Assembly (NCBI GenBank): GCA_043228905.1
Contig: JBHGNT010000014.1
Location: 20,708,001 to 20,772,000 of the forward strand
Length of the DNA: 64,000 bases
Direction: 5' to 3'
Source: Azolla caroliniana
Lineage: Eukaryota; Plantae; Polypodiophyta
The number at the start of each line of letters is the position of its first letter. The first letter of the stretch is position 1. Below, one piece after another: positions 24,301 through 36,892 of this stretch. The notes beneath the pieces were generated by a model, which made no database searches, was not told the origin of the DNA, and saw only the letters and a program-made list of their open reading frames with translations. The translations under genes and the position numbers were made by a program.

Positions 24301-25397
24301 TTCCTAAAACCAAAGCACATGATGGTAGGTTGGGATCTAGTTGTCAAAACATCCGTATATGATTAGTATGCATCAAACTAATATTTTGAAAAAGATCTAC
24401 TGCTGACCCTGCTTATTTCCCTTTTCTTTTCATGTAGATCCCTATTGATGCCTGTATGGTGGGTACAGAACATTCAGCATTTTTGCAGCAGGTGACATAT
24501 CTACAGACATGAGATTGTTAGGTAAACCACTACGTAGCTTAATTTTTTTAATGTTAACAGGCAGCACATATAACTGGGGGTATATACATGAAACCGACTT
24601 TACCAGAAGGCATGTTTCAATATCTTATGGTGAGCAGCAGATATTTTGGCAAAAGAGACTAACTCTGTCTGAAAAGTCTAACAGTTGCAATTCCACTAGT
24701 AATAGATGAGCTTTGAATTATGTGATTTGACACTATGTTTTTTATTTAAATTTTGAGTTAAAAATGCTTTCTCGCAGTGTATTTACTAGTAAGTATCAGG
24801 TTACATTTGTCATTGCATGCAGATGGTTTTTGCCACTGATCTATACTCTCGAAGGTTTCTGCAATTGCCGCGTCCTACTGGTGTTGATTTTCGTGCATCG
24901 TGAGTATCTCGGCATTTGCTGTAGCTATCAAGTCATTTTTCTTAAACTATCTTTCAACCAGCTGCTTCCACCACGGCTGATGCACCTTATAAGATTGCTG
25001 AAACATGCACAGGTGTTTTTGCCATAAGAAGATAATTGATACTGGATTTATATGTTCTGTATGCTTGTCTATCTTCTGCAAGAAGCATGGTTCATGCTCA
25101 ACATGCGGGTAAGTTATTTTATACAAGTGTGCCCCATATAATAATCAATCTGTTCTGATACCTTCTCTCATAATAGTATCTTACTGAAATATGACACCTT
25201 AAATAAGTCTTATAGTAAAGCTGATTTGAAATATGTTACCTTAAAGAAACCTTGTATATAGCACAGCTTATTTGAAGTATGAAATCCTTTTTTTTTCTTC
25301 GTTTTTGCAAACATGTAGAGCCAGTTTCAGTCAACACCGACCTGCATCTACTGCTGCTGGTCTAAAGAGGAAGATCTCGTCATCTGAGAAACCGTGA
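21307..25397 (+). CDS. TFB4: General transcription and DNA repair factor IIH subunit TFB4 (p34/GTF2H3)
   Basis: Ten phase-compatible exons: 21307-21420, 22788-23061, 23188-23234, 23887-23924, 24017-24062, 24438-24491, 24561-24629, 24823-24899, 25013-25108, 25319-25397. Protein has DDASQVVVLIDVNPFFW, LSGALSMSLCYIQR, QYVAIMNAVFSAQR, SAFLQQAAHITGG, VDFRASCFCHKK and the C-terminal zinc finger CSVCLSIFC..CSTCG. An in-frame upstream ATG exists at 21277. Confidence 0.95.
23062..23187 (+). other. Probable U12-type (minor spliceosome) GT-AG intron in TFB4
   Basis: 5' site GTATCCTTA. Branch-like TTTCTTTGAC has its A 10 nt from the end of the intron, with no polypyrimidine tract. Confidence 0.75.
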
Positions 25398-27425
25398 TCG
25401 TTAAAAGGCAGTTATTCTCAGATATGATTTTTGTATTGAGAATTATTACCAGTAAACATTCGAAGGGAGAAGGAATGTGGTTGCGAAGTGTAAAATATTG
25501 ATCTTACTTTGGCATCTGAGTCTGTAAGCAGCAAAGGTCTTGGTTTGGTTACATGCTATATAGAGCAGAAAGGCCTTATGGGTGATTCAGCAAAAGCCTT
25601 GAACCTTGTATATAAGCCATCGTCTTCCACTAGCGTGAGGTATACGAAGTCTGCATTTCTTATAGAAATAGCGTGAATGTGCTTCTAGAAAGGTGATTAC
25701 CGCAACATGGATTTGCAAGTTTTCTAGGGCCAGTGTGTTTTCGTTCTCTGAATATTATAATAGTAACATTCAAGGGTTAAGTAATGGTATTGTAACTCGT
25801 CAAATTTTGGTAATCTTAGTATATAAGAAAATTTTATTTGGTTACAAGACAGGTTTCACGAGGATTCCTATTGATCTTATGCACAATTAATGTAAACCCT
25901 GAGTTAAAATAGAAAAACTTAATTGAAGTCTGCCATTAAAAAAAAGTAGGGCAGTATTTATATTTCTGAAAATACCAAGGCAAAATATGATAGTGACCAT
26001 ACAAGAGCTATTTTTATGCCACACCAACATTACTTATGATAGTATAACATAATCAAACATCGCCGAAGAATGAACTGGTGATTTGCTGCAGTAGTGAAAG
26101 GTCATTTACTGTTGTAAATAAGTTAAAACCTCAGTGCAAAATTATTAAGAAAACAACATTGACAAGAGTAGAGTATTCACAAAAGATATATGTAATTTCC
26201 CATGATCTAATTTCTATAATTCAATCTGTTTGGGTTTTTATATGTTTATTGTTTCACCCGTAAGATACTTGTTACCTTAAATGTGGAGCCATTCAAAGTA
26301 GCCCTTAGTTTCGTGAAACCAAAAACTTCAATATACTAAGATTGTCCGTATATCATTGGGCAAACACTTCTCAAAATGAAGGTGGTAAAGGTTGTCAAAT
26401 GCAAACATGTCATTGTAATGAAGAGCCACGTTAGTCTTGAACCTATGAGTAGATGGCTTTCAGCTTTTGAAATAGAAAACTGACCATTTGTCCTTAGCCT
26501 TTTGACGTTTTTTTACGTTGCCACTAATCTCAGTTCTGTCCAACTCTGACCTCTCTCAGCAATCTTTATAAGTATTTCCAAAAATCTCTCTATTCACTTT
26601 CTTGCATCACACTAGGCACCTCCATGTAGTTCTTGTTCTCATTGAACTGAAGCATGTAAGTGCACTCTGAACATGAAACCCCACTTTTTCCAGATTTCAT
26701 CAAATTTAAAGTTACCAGCATAAGAAATAAATGAAATAGCATGCGGCAAAAAGCTGGTAATGACAAACATGCCAGCCATATGATGATAGTAAACCACAAT
26801 CTGATGTAAACCCTTTCACCGAGATAAACAGCAACTATTCAGCTAAATGCCAAGTAACACACCATTTTCAGAATGCCATTTAGCAAAATTAGGTATATTC
26901 TATACAAGCAAGCCTTGAGTTTATGATTTATCATCCGAGTTTGTTTTCTCCGCATTCTTCTTTTGACTAAAGAGCCTCTTATAGCGTACTGAAAATATGC
27001 TAGAAATAATGTAAAAAAGTATATATCGATGTATAGCCATAGATTGAAGAAAATTCCACATAGTAGTTATCCTTTTGAATAAGCCAGGAGTACAGAGAAT
27101 ATTCTCACAAGTTTACAGAGAATCGGATATTTTCTATTTCATTGGCAAGTAAAACAATCATAACCATAATTTTACTATCTACAATTGTATAAATGAGAGC
27201 ATCGTTACTAGTCTATATGCATACCCACTTTGGACTGACCATCCCATGAAAATGCTTTGGGTCCAGTATAACAAACATCCAGCACACGGTCAACAACATC
27301 CTCCATTCTGCCTAGATGTCACTAAAACAGGAACAAAGTGATTCACAAAATGATAGGCAGAATATCAATGATTCATGACAACACTGCAAAACATCTGCCC
27401 AAGCAAGCTTAGCACAACTCCAAGT

Positions 27426-28672
27426 CTACAAGGCGAGGTTAGACAGCTCAAGAATGAACCCTACAAATCCCTTGTCCACGTCAAAGTAGTCAGCCTCAAA
27501 CCATTTCCAATCCCCAGTCTCCATGTCGTGTATGAGAACCTCCTTCAGAAGGCTTGTCAAGTAGATCACTCCATCCTTGCCCATGCACTGCAGGCTTTCG
27601 AAATCAATGTTGCCACAAATTCATGGAGAACTGCAGCTGGCATTCTTGCCACTTCCGACCAACTCTTGCTTGGCATGTTGAGCCTCCAGATGCACACGCT
27701 GGTGGGGCTCTTGATCACATTGGTAGGAAGCCACACAATGCCAACACCTGCCACCATGTGCAACACACCATAGCAATCGATCAAATGGGCCCTTACGAGG
27801 GAGGATTCACACTCCGGGCTTTCGATCTCAGTCCATGTGCCTCGAGCGAGATGATATATGACAAACTCTGATCGTCTCTTCCACAGTGAATAGGGCGAGA
27901 TGGCATTCTGGTGGATTCCGGTATTTCTTCCCATAACAACAATATTCATACTACTTAATTGGCAATAAGGTTGCTCCATGGTGAGGACGGAGAAAGCCCT
28001 TGCCAACGACAAAGGTTGGAAGTATAAGACATGGCCATACAAGTTCCGTTTCTAGAAGTGTAGTTAAATGCAAAGAAATTCATAGCCCCGGGGGTTGTCA
28101 TGCTCAGGATCAAAGGTCATCAATCCGAAAGCATGCACTGAGTCTTCATCATTGAAGTCTATTATAGGTATATTTTGCTCCCCCTCATCAACAGCAAGAG
28201 CAAGATAGTTGGGTGGATTTGGACGAGAAGATATGGAGGATGGATCTGAACCCCTTGCATGTGGACCCAACTCTGATGCAATCATATGCTGTCAGCCTCT
28301 TCCACACTCGCTCCACAACCTCATCATCTGCCACTCTGCTCCATACCTCTTCGTCTTCTTCTTCTTCTTCTGATGCCTGGACCTTCCACAATAATCCATG
28401 CCATGCCATCATCATCATCATCATCGCCCATTTTCTGCCACAACCTTGCTGATATGGAGGATGGATCTGAACCCCTTGCATGTGGATCCAACTCTGATGC
28501 AATCATATGCTGTCAGCCTCTTCCACACTCGCTCCACAACCTCATCATCTGCCACTCTGCTCCATACCTCTTCGTCTTCTTCTTCTTCTTCTTCTGATGC
28601 CTGGACCTTCCACAATAATCCATGCCATGCCATGCCATGCCATGCCATGCCATCATCATCATCATCGCCCAT
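27426..28672 (-). pseudogene. F-box/kelch-type protein pseudogene with duplicated F-box N-terminus
   Basis: F-box motif VWSRVADDEVVERVWKRL..IRVGSTCKGFRSIL occurs twice. Beta-propeller-like C-terminus (LIDCYGVLHMV..CIWRLNMPSKSWSEVARMP, then in another frame CMGKDGVIY..VLIHDMETGDWKW..stop at 27426). Frame breaks near 28430, 28225, 28060 and 27605 with no evident introns. Confidence 0.75.
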
Positions 28673-28677
28673 TTTCT
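28230..28677. repeat. Tandem duplication (28230-28436 and 28451-28677) with 14-nt filler
   Basis: Near-identical units differing mainly in (CTT)n, (CAT)n and (CATGC)n copy number. Confidence 0.92.
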
Positions 28678-30779
28678 AGGTAATACTTCGTTACGAGAAA
28701 CTTGAAATATAGATGGATGGAGAAGTATTGGATAAATACCTTCACAAGTTAGTAGTATGATATAAATGTCCATGTTTGTCTTCGATCACATAAGCTAGAA
28801 AGAAAATGTATGTTAAGCATTTGTCCATTTGGGCTTGACCTATTCCTAGGTCTTGGAGAAGGAAAAGCATGATAACATGCATCTATCTATTTGCACACCT
28901 CAGTTTCGAAGATGGATCCTGTAATCCAATTGATAGGTAGTCTGAGTTTGTTTCAAACCATCCTTGCCAAAAGGAAATCATGCAAAGACCTTTTGGACTA
29001 AGAAATGAATTATAGGAGACGGGAGCCTAGACATGGATGCTCAATTAAACTACTTTCAACACGAGATCAACAACTGCCATGAACCATACCCAACTTATCC
29101 ATTTAAGGTTTTGTCCTAGTCTGATTATACTATCCGAAAAAAGTTGAGATTTGTAGTTGATCATCAATGGCCTTTTCTTGTTCAAATCTCAACACTCAAC
29201 TTCATCGCGCTAGTTTGTCACATCCCTAAAAAAAAGGCAAATGTTCGCAATTCATGTTCAAGCACCTTGAAACATACAACATTTTAATTGTTGATGACAC
29301 CTTACTTTGTGACCTCTTCATGCATTTATAAAAGATGTGAGAAGACCGTGATGGAATTGAGGCCCGAGTGAAGTACAATAATCATTCATGTGCATGCTTA
29401 TGTGAACCAAGAGATTTCTTAATAATTATTCTATAGAGAAGACCAAATTATATGAACAATAATTCATATATATAAATAGATTGTATTCTATCCATTGTTG
29501 TCACAATGTTTTGAAATGGGAGATCCCCCATAATCTAGTAGATCAGGAAACCACATGGAGCTAATATTATTGATGCCTAAATTTCCAAGTTTTTTGCAAA
29601 CATCTAGGGATTGTTTTTACAATTATCAAATCTAAAAGATTATTTGACACATGCATATTACTTACAGATGCACCATTCATTTCCACTAAAAAAATAATAA
29701 CATGATATATATAAATACATTGGATAAGCTCATTATTATGTGCTACTAGTTAGGTACCTCTGAGAACCAAGAAGATGGAAGGGCAAATACACACAGTAAA
29801 GATAATAACCCATGTATATACAATGAAGCCCAAGTTGTATATGTCAACCAACCATTTATTATATACTTATCATTGTGTATATACCATGGATTCATAGCTC
29901 TATGTGTATATGATAGGGGGTTGAATAGATGCCCAACCATTTAGTGCATAATTAAAATTGGGTGGAAGTTACGCAAATCTAACCTTTTTGTGCACCATAA
30001 AACATTCACACCATATACATTCTTCAATATGATTTTATATTGTTAATAGGTAGGTTTTATTATAGAATGCATCTCCAAGGAATATACATAGTCTATCCAT
30101 TTCCATCATAAAGGCAACAGTTATATTGATCATTCTTCCTCATATTAGGAATGTTACATGTTTCATTTATTTTCATCGCTAAAGATAAGAGGATTTTGAG
30201 GTTTTTCCTCCTTCCATACTCCAACATATCATATGCTTGCTTATGTGAGCTTGACCAGCAGATAACATTGGTTTGCAATATGCATTAGGGCCAGAGCCAG
30301 AGCCAGCATATCACAATTACTACACAAGACAGAGCAACAAATCCTCCTCTAATATTGTAGTGCTTTTGACTGTGGCAGCTCATTTTAGTTTCATTTGACT
30401 TACCTTTTAGTTGTTGTATTGACATGGGTGAAGATTCATCTTGCACGTGATTTTTTTTTTTCATTCAACATTTCACCACAACACTATCTCCTTTGCACAT
30501 CTTCTGCATTACATCTCACAATCGGCACATTCACTCTTCATCTCAAATACTACATTTTCAGAGTTGATGCCACTGTGCATGCATCATGCACATCTTCATT
30601 GTTTAAATAGTCTGCATTGCTACCAATATGTTGTATTAACATATATGGCAGCTCTAACTTCTCCATTTACAACCCCAACTATTCACATTTTGTATAGAAG
30701 TGATGTAATGGCATGTTCTTAAGCTATACTTATCCTCTTTCATCCTAACATGCCTCACAAAAGTTTGCACTCACTCTTT

Positions 30780-31260
30780 CAATTGTCACATTCAAATTTT
30801 GATGAGCAAACACTGCACACCAGATGGTCTGGTGTGCAAATACTACGGTTAACACCAACTGTCATAAAAGATAGCAAACTTCACTATTAGATTTTTTTAT
30901 GCATAAATATTACGGTCAACAGCCACTTTTCGGAATGGTCACGAACCTTCGCACACTGATTTGATGTGCAAATAGGATGGTTAACCTCAACTTCTCTACA
31001 AAATCACATATCTCCACATTTGGAAGTGGTGAGCAAATATTATGGTTACCATCCAGTTCTGAAAGATAGGAATCTTGCCATTCAATTCAGGCGATCAAAA
31101 TACTACTGCTAAAGTCGGTTCATTTCTCTACTCCAAGGGAAGATCCTGACTCTCTTTTTCAAAACTGGAGGGCAAATACCATTGTCATCAACCAAAGATT
31201 GTGAATCTTCACATTCAAGTTCGAGTAGAGAGCAAAGACTAGGGCTAACATTCAATTCTC
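30780..31260. repeat. Old degenerate tandem array, period about 65 bp, core GCAAATAYTAYGGTTAAC
   Basis: Core AAAT/AAAG at 30838, 30905, 30970, 31035, 31098, 31174 and 31234, plus a partial unit at about 30806. Confidence 0.7.
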
Positions 31261-32127
31261 AAAAAATTATTTCCTCATATAGTTAATATAAAGACAGCTC
31301 AACACAAACACCATGAATTTCATTTATTCAGTCAACCAAGATTAACCATGTTGTTATGGCCACATATGTTGCTGTATTAAATCTAGCTATAACCACGTGT
31401 TTAATCTCAATTGATTACAATTTTGGTCAGTGAACTATTTTCACTTCAACATTCACAAACTATTTTCTCTTCATGATACATCAATGTCTCGAATTCATGA
31501 AACCAAAAGGCTAATGGGAGAGAAACAAGATTTTGCAACACATCCATCACTTTTATAACGAAGGAAACAAAACGAAAAAACAATTCAAGAAATAATTCAT
31601 GGATTCAAAAAAGAACTCTTCATGTAGGTATATGTGATCTCAAATTGAACACAAACTTAGTAACGAAGCAAGTAACTATATTTCTAGCTGTGAGAAACAT
31701 CACATAAATATTTATAAAACGTTATGTCAAGAGAATCATCATGCAATGCATAGAACAAGAATTTTCATTAAACAATGTTGCAAATCTTCATTGTTTGCAG
31801 CACATACGCATCAGGTAATGGATCTTCCCTTCACAACGAAGGAATCAAAAAACAAAACTAAGCAACACAAAAAAAAGGGAGGAAAGAAGTCACTGCCCAG
31901 AGAATCGAACAGGGGACTTGTCATTATAGCAAAGCGATCCTCCTTAGCAATTTAAGTCGAATCAAAGTCAAGCTTCAGCTAGCTGAAATAAATAGGGGAG
32001 AATAAAATGAGTGTTTTCCCTTTTACTGAGAAAGAAAAAGAAATCAAGGAGGGAAATGATGAATTAGGGTTTTGTTTTCCTTTTCCTACTAGTCAATGCT
32101 ACTGGAAAAAGGGAAGGAAAGAAAGAA

Positions 32128-32532
32128 TTAGAGTGTTGGTGTTAATGTTACCACAGTCGGAGCTGAGGAAATGCTTGCTGTCCCTTCTTCTGCTTCATCG
32201 CCCCATCCCCAGGTGAAGGCCGGAGGGGCTTTGGGAGGCTTAGGGTAAACAGGGGGTTTCCTGTTCTTATCTGAAGGGTTGTGCTTCTTGGGTCGCGTCT
32301 TGTTGTGATGAGCCGTGCATTTCTTCTGTGGGCGAGAAGAGCTCTCGATGGTGATGGTGATGGCGGGGGGTGAAGGAATAGAAACAGAAGAAGAAGGGAT
32401 TCCTCGATGCTTTATTACTTCTTTCAAAGTGTTGGAGAGAGAGACGAAGCTACTGTTGCGGCTGGCGATGGCAGAAGAAGAAGAAGAAGAAGAAGAAGAA
32501 GAATAGAAGGAGGTGGGGGTGGAGAAAGCCAT
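32128..32532 (-). CDS. PSRP6: Plastid-specific 50S ribosomal protein 6 (cL38) precursor
   Basis: Ser-rich transit peptide followed by the family signature IESSSRPQKKCTAHHNKTRPKKH.P.D..RKP.VY. May instead splice at 32151 to a 15-nt last exon at 31968-31982 (LAEA*). Confidence 0.92.
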   Translation of the reverse strand: MAFSTPTSFYSSSSSSSSSSAIASRNSSFVSLSNTLKEVIKHRGIPSSSVSIPSPPAITITIESSSRPQKKCTAHHNKTRPKKHNPSDKNRKPPVYPKPPKAPPAFTWGWGDEAEEGTASISSAPTVVTLTPTL

Positions 32533-32634
32533 GGCAAAAAACCAACGTCGTCACTCTTTCTTCTTCCTCTTCTAACCTCATCCAAAATCAAATGCCTTCG
32601 TTTCTTCCTCCATATAATATACCCACCCCCACCG

Positions 32635-32810
32635 TATACATACATACATACATACATACATACATACATACATACATACGCATACACATCGTATACATAC
32701 GTATGTATGTCTCTATACATACATTCCATATGTACATACACACACATAAAGAAAGTACATATGTACATGTATGTGGATACATACATACATCACACATGCA
32801 TATACAAATG
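32635..32810. repeat. (TACA)n microsatellite and decayed flank upstream of PSRP6
   Basis: Direct reading; it generates the spurious YIHT/MYVC ORFs. Confidence 0.9.
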
Positions 32811-35800
32811 TGTCTAGTAAACCGATACAATACTTGCTTAATCATGGGAAGCTCACACCGCTTCCCCATTCGTAGCATTCATGTGTGTGCCTCCACATTC
32901 CGAGTCCCAACCTACTTTTGCCTTCAAATGCCTTTCTTTCTTCAATCGGGGGCTTCGCTACTCATTTCGTCGATTTCATTACCCACTTGTATGCTCACAA
33001 CTAGCCTTCATTTTGCTTGAAATGACTTCTTAAAAGGGGGAATGGGGGGAGCATAAGGCTTACCAAAAACAAGCAAACAGAGTGGCACTTCATGGCGAAC
33101 CAAGGATTTATGCATCATTGGTATTGTGCATTTGTCATTCTAATTTGTTCTTCACATCCGTTGCTACCTCAACAGGCATTTTATACACAAATACAATAAT
33201 ACTTGTGTTCATGGGTATAAATATTTGGATAGGAAGAGCTCATATGTTCACTAGACCAATAGCCCTTCTTTTTGCTTTACAAAATACCAAACTATCCACC
33301 ATGTTCGAACACTTTCTCCCATTATTTACAAAATATTTTTCTCTCACATATGGCTTGAAGCTTAGTGGAGCCTTGTATACATATTTCTAATCAACACAAC
33401 CAAACACTTCATGAACAAATCTCGCTATGTGCACTACTTTACTAGATGCCAATGCCATCACCCAATGTAGGTTTTCAACTATCACTTTCTTATAGGGAAA
33501 TTGTGACCATCAAACTATATGTTGAAATTTTCAAATTTTTATGGGCAACTTTTGGGGTACATTGGTAAATCTCCCATACATATATGTATTGCCTAATTGT
33601 ATATACAAGACACAAATATTTTCTTAGACAATAATCAGATTATTTGTTAGTGAGAGACAACCACTTTTGCAGCTTTATGGCATTAAGTGTCTCATAAATT
33701 TGAACTTGTAGTGTTGTCTAGTATGGAGACTTGACGAGAGAGAAATACCAAATATGACACGTGGCACCAAAACTTAAAGCATATGATACGTTCTGGTAGG
33801 CTAGTAACATGATTGTGAAGCTAAAACATACATACATATCATTCTCCTACTATCACAAGATAAATCAAAACTAAATAAATCATCAAATTAAATTTTCATG
33901 GTCAGGGAAAGGTTTAGGACACTTGAAAGATTTATTGGCTTCTAAAGCCATTCACTCTCTTTCTGAACTTGATGGATCTTCTTGTTTTTCTCTCATATGT
34001 GTTTAAGTTTGTTCAAACAGAGATCCTCCATATTTCATTGCTCAATATCTTTGAAGATGCATGGTTCATGTTAAAACATGATTTGAACTTCTTTAGTGTT
34101 GACAAATATGATGACTTTGGTGGGCTAGAATGCACGTAGGGGACAAGTCCCACCTCGTCACTCATGTTATTCAAGACGTTATTTACGGTGATTGGATGGA
34201 TGATTACATTTAGTACATCATATGTTTTCTCATGATTGTCCTATGAAGATTCAAGGTTGTGTAGGCGGCCATTTTGGTACAATAGAATTTTCTAAATGGG
34301 TTCAAGTGTATTCCCAAGAATCCCAACAATGCCAAAAATCCTACTTGTTATTTTAAATGGGTTTCTTACATGTTATTATTGTTGTCATTTTTGAAGCATG
34401 AAGTGTTGCAACTAAAAACTACTCTTGTTTTTTGTGCTATATACTTTAATTATTCAAGTGTTAAACAAAATCCATGGGATTTTTTTGATATATCTCGACT
34501 GAGTTTTTATTTTTGGCATGCTCTTCATAGTATCATTATTCCATAACATATGACCATTGACCACACACAATTTAGGGTTTCATATCTCAACATACTCCTC
34601 CAAGTGAAATCATGGTGTGCCATTGTGGAACAATGATCTTGGATTTCATGGTAACCATCATGTGCTCCTCCTCAAGCTAAATGGATCCAAATGATGTAGG
34701 CAAACTACTACCCCAAATTGTATGAGCTTGTCCACTCCAATAGCTTTGGTGAAAATATCCACTACATAGTTGTACCTTCAAATATGATAGACTTTGACGT
34801 CTCCCAAATTTATCTGATCTTGGATGTAGGTAAAATTCACATCGATGTGTTTCATCCATGCATGGACACCATGTTTTGCACCAATTGTATGTTGTTGTTA
34901 TTGTCACACAAGGTATGGACCCCCCTCGATCTCGATGGAGCTAATTGATTTACACCATTCCATTTCCTTTGGTTGTGGATCTCCTCCTTCGTGCTTGTTT
35001 CTACTACTCTCAACTAGCGTCTTCCTTGGGTTCATCACATTGCATGCTCTCCCACCTTGTGCATTGCCCATTGATTTTAAATATATGTCCTTATTTTTAA
35101 GTGTTCTATATTGTGTGTTTTATGTTGTGCTAATGCTTAACACCCCAAATAAATCATTACTTACATTTCTAGGTTCACACGTGACACTTATTTTCAACTA
35201 CTTTCGTTGTTGAATGATGTCATCGAATGCATTTATGTGGGCGTCAATCAAATAAGATCCCTTCATTTGTATCTCATACATTTTTTCCTCTTCTTGGAAT
35301 TGTGAGGTCCCCTTGGGAGCTCTTTGTGTGCAATAAGCCACGACATGATTATAGGAAAAGTTTCTAAGAGTGGTAAATCACGACGATAGCACAACACTCA
35401 AACACACAATCAATTCTTAATGTTGCAAAGTGCAAATTTACTATTCAGAACATTAGGTACAGGAACATCGATAAGAGTTCTCTCTCTTTTTCTTTTTATG
35501 TCTCTTCTATGTAAATAGAGTTGGATTCGTTACAAAAAGACAAAAAGACTATGGATACCACTAAATACTCTTCCCCTTCTTAATGGCCAATTAACATTCT
35601 ACTTCTCATGATTTTATCTTGTGCATGTTTTTTCGCAATGATGTGTATCATAAGTTGATTGAATATAGAGCATGGCTAGTGATGAAGGTTTCATATATAT
35701 GCCATATATCTAATGTTATATGATGGTGTTGTCCGGTTTTGGATATAGAATGACATTCTTGTCTTCCATTTGGTGCAAAAGTGTTTCTTTGGTGGGCAAT

Positions 35801-36892
35801 GGTGGGTAGGTTGCCTTTGGCAATGTCTTTAAAACATTGGTAATTTCCCATGGGGTACACTTCTCTCTACATAGTGATTGAAGGAGGATGTCGAGAATAC
35901 ATTCTTATGGGGCATGTTTCTCTAGGACGGGTTGGGCTATCATGTCCTAATTTTGGACATCGTAAACTAGGGATGATTATTACACCATTTCAATAGGTTT
36001 TCATTTAGATGGCCAAAGTGTTGCCCTCACCATTTTATAAGCTTGTTTTTTACTACCTTGGGTATTTAGGTGTGTGGTAAAATTGGAGTTTGAGAAATGG
36101 GTTCATGTTTGATGATGTACATGGAGGACAACACCACATCCATAGGTTAAAAGGGAAATTGATTTGGCAAATTTTGCAACTAAGTTATGCACGAACCTTG
36201 TCCTTAGAGTAGCTACTTTTATGTCACTTGGCATTGCAAGAGCTTAGAGGGTTTACCTTGCCATAAGATCCTTACATTGTAATAAGGATAAGCTTTGTTA
36301 TGTTCAATACAACATGCATTTGCATGCGTGCGCAAAAATCACACACAGAAGCAATGCAACCACACATTAGACACCATGAGCATGGAGAAAAGCTAAGGGC
36401 AACGAAACATCCAACTCCAACACAACATCAACACTATCTAGGTCATTTGGGATCATGACCCTCTATGGCAATCCAAGTACTAACCCCCATAACACACACC
36501 ATTCTACAACTAAGAACATACAGAGAACTTGGTACAAATGTCGGAGGTCCATATTACATACTAGGAAATGCAATGTCGAACCTCTCCGGCACATGGCAAG
36601 GGTTTGTGAATGCCTAGTAAGAAGAAGAAGAAGAAGAAGAAGAAGCCCTTTACATTACATTCCATAGAGCATCTCTCACGAGAAAGTCTCTTCTTCACGT
36701 TCAAGGATGATTTTTGTTTGATAGATTGATTTCTCTGGAGTCAGGTTCACCCCTCTCCAGTCTCTACTCCTTCAAGAATTTAATAATAATAAATTTTTAA
36801 TAATACATACACTGACCGATTTTTTTCTTAATTTTTATAATACGAAAATAAAGAGCTCGTCTGCACGCTCGGCGAAGCGAAGCTTGCTAGCG

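Noticed and set aside
24957-24980. Alternative TFB4 acceptor giving SCFHHG*
   Set aside because: It truncates the zinc finger; the acceptor at 25012 gives the conserved SCFCHKK. Likely coincidental.
27375-27871. Plus-strand ORFs of 132 and 105 aa
   Set aside because: Antisense shadows of the F-box pseudogene.
32407-33020. Overlapping ORFs of 96-142 aa (YIHT/MYVC repeats)
   Set aside because: Products of the (TACA)n and (GAA)n microsatellites.
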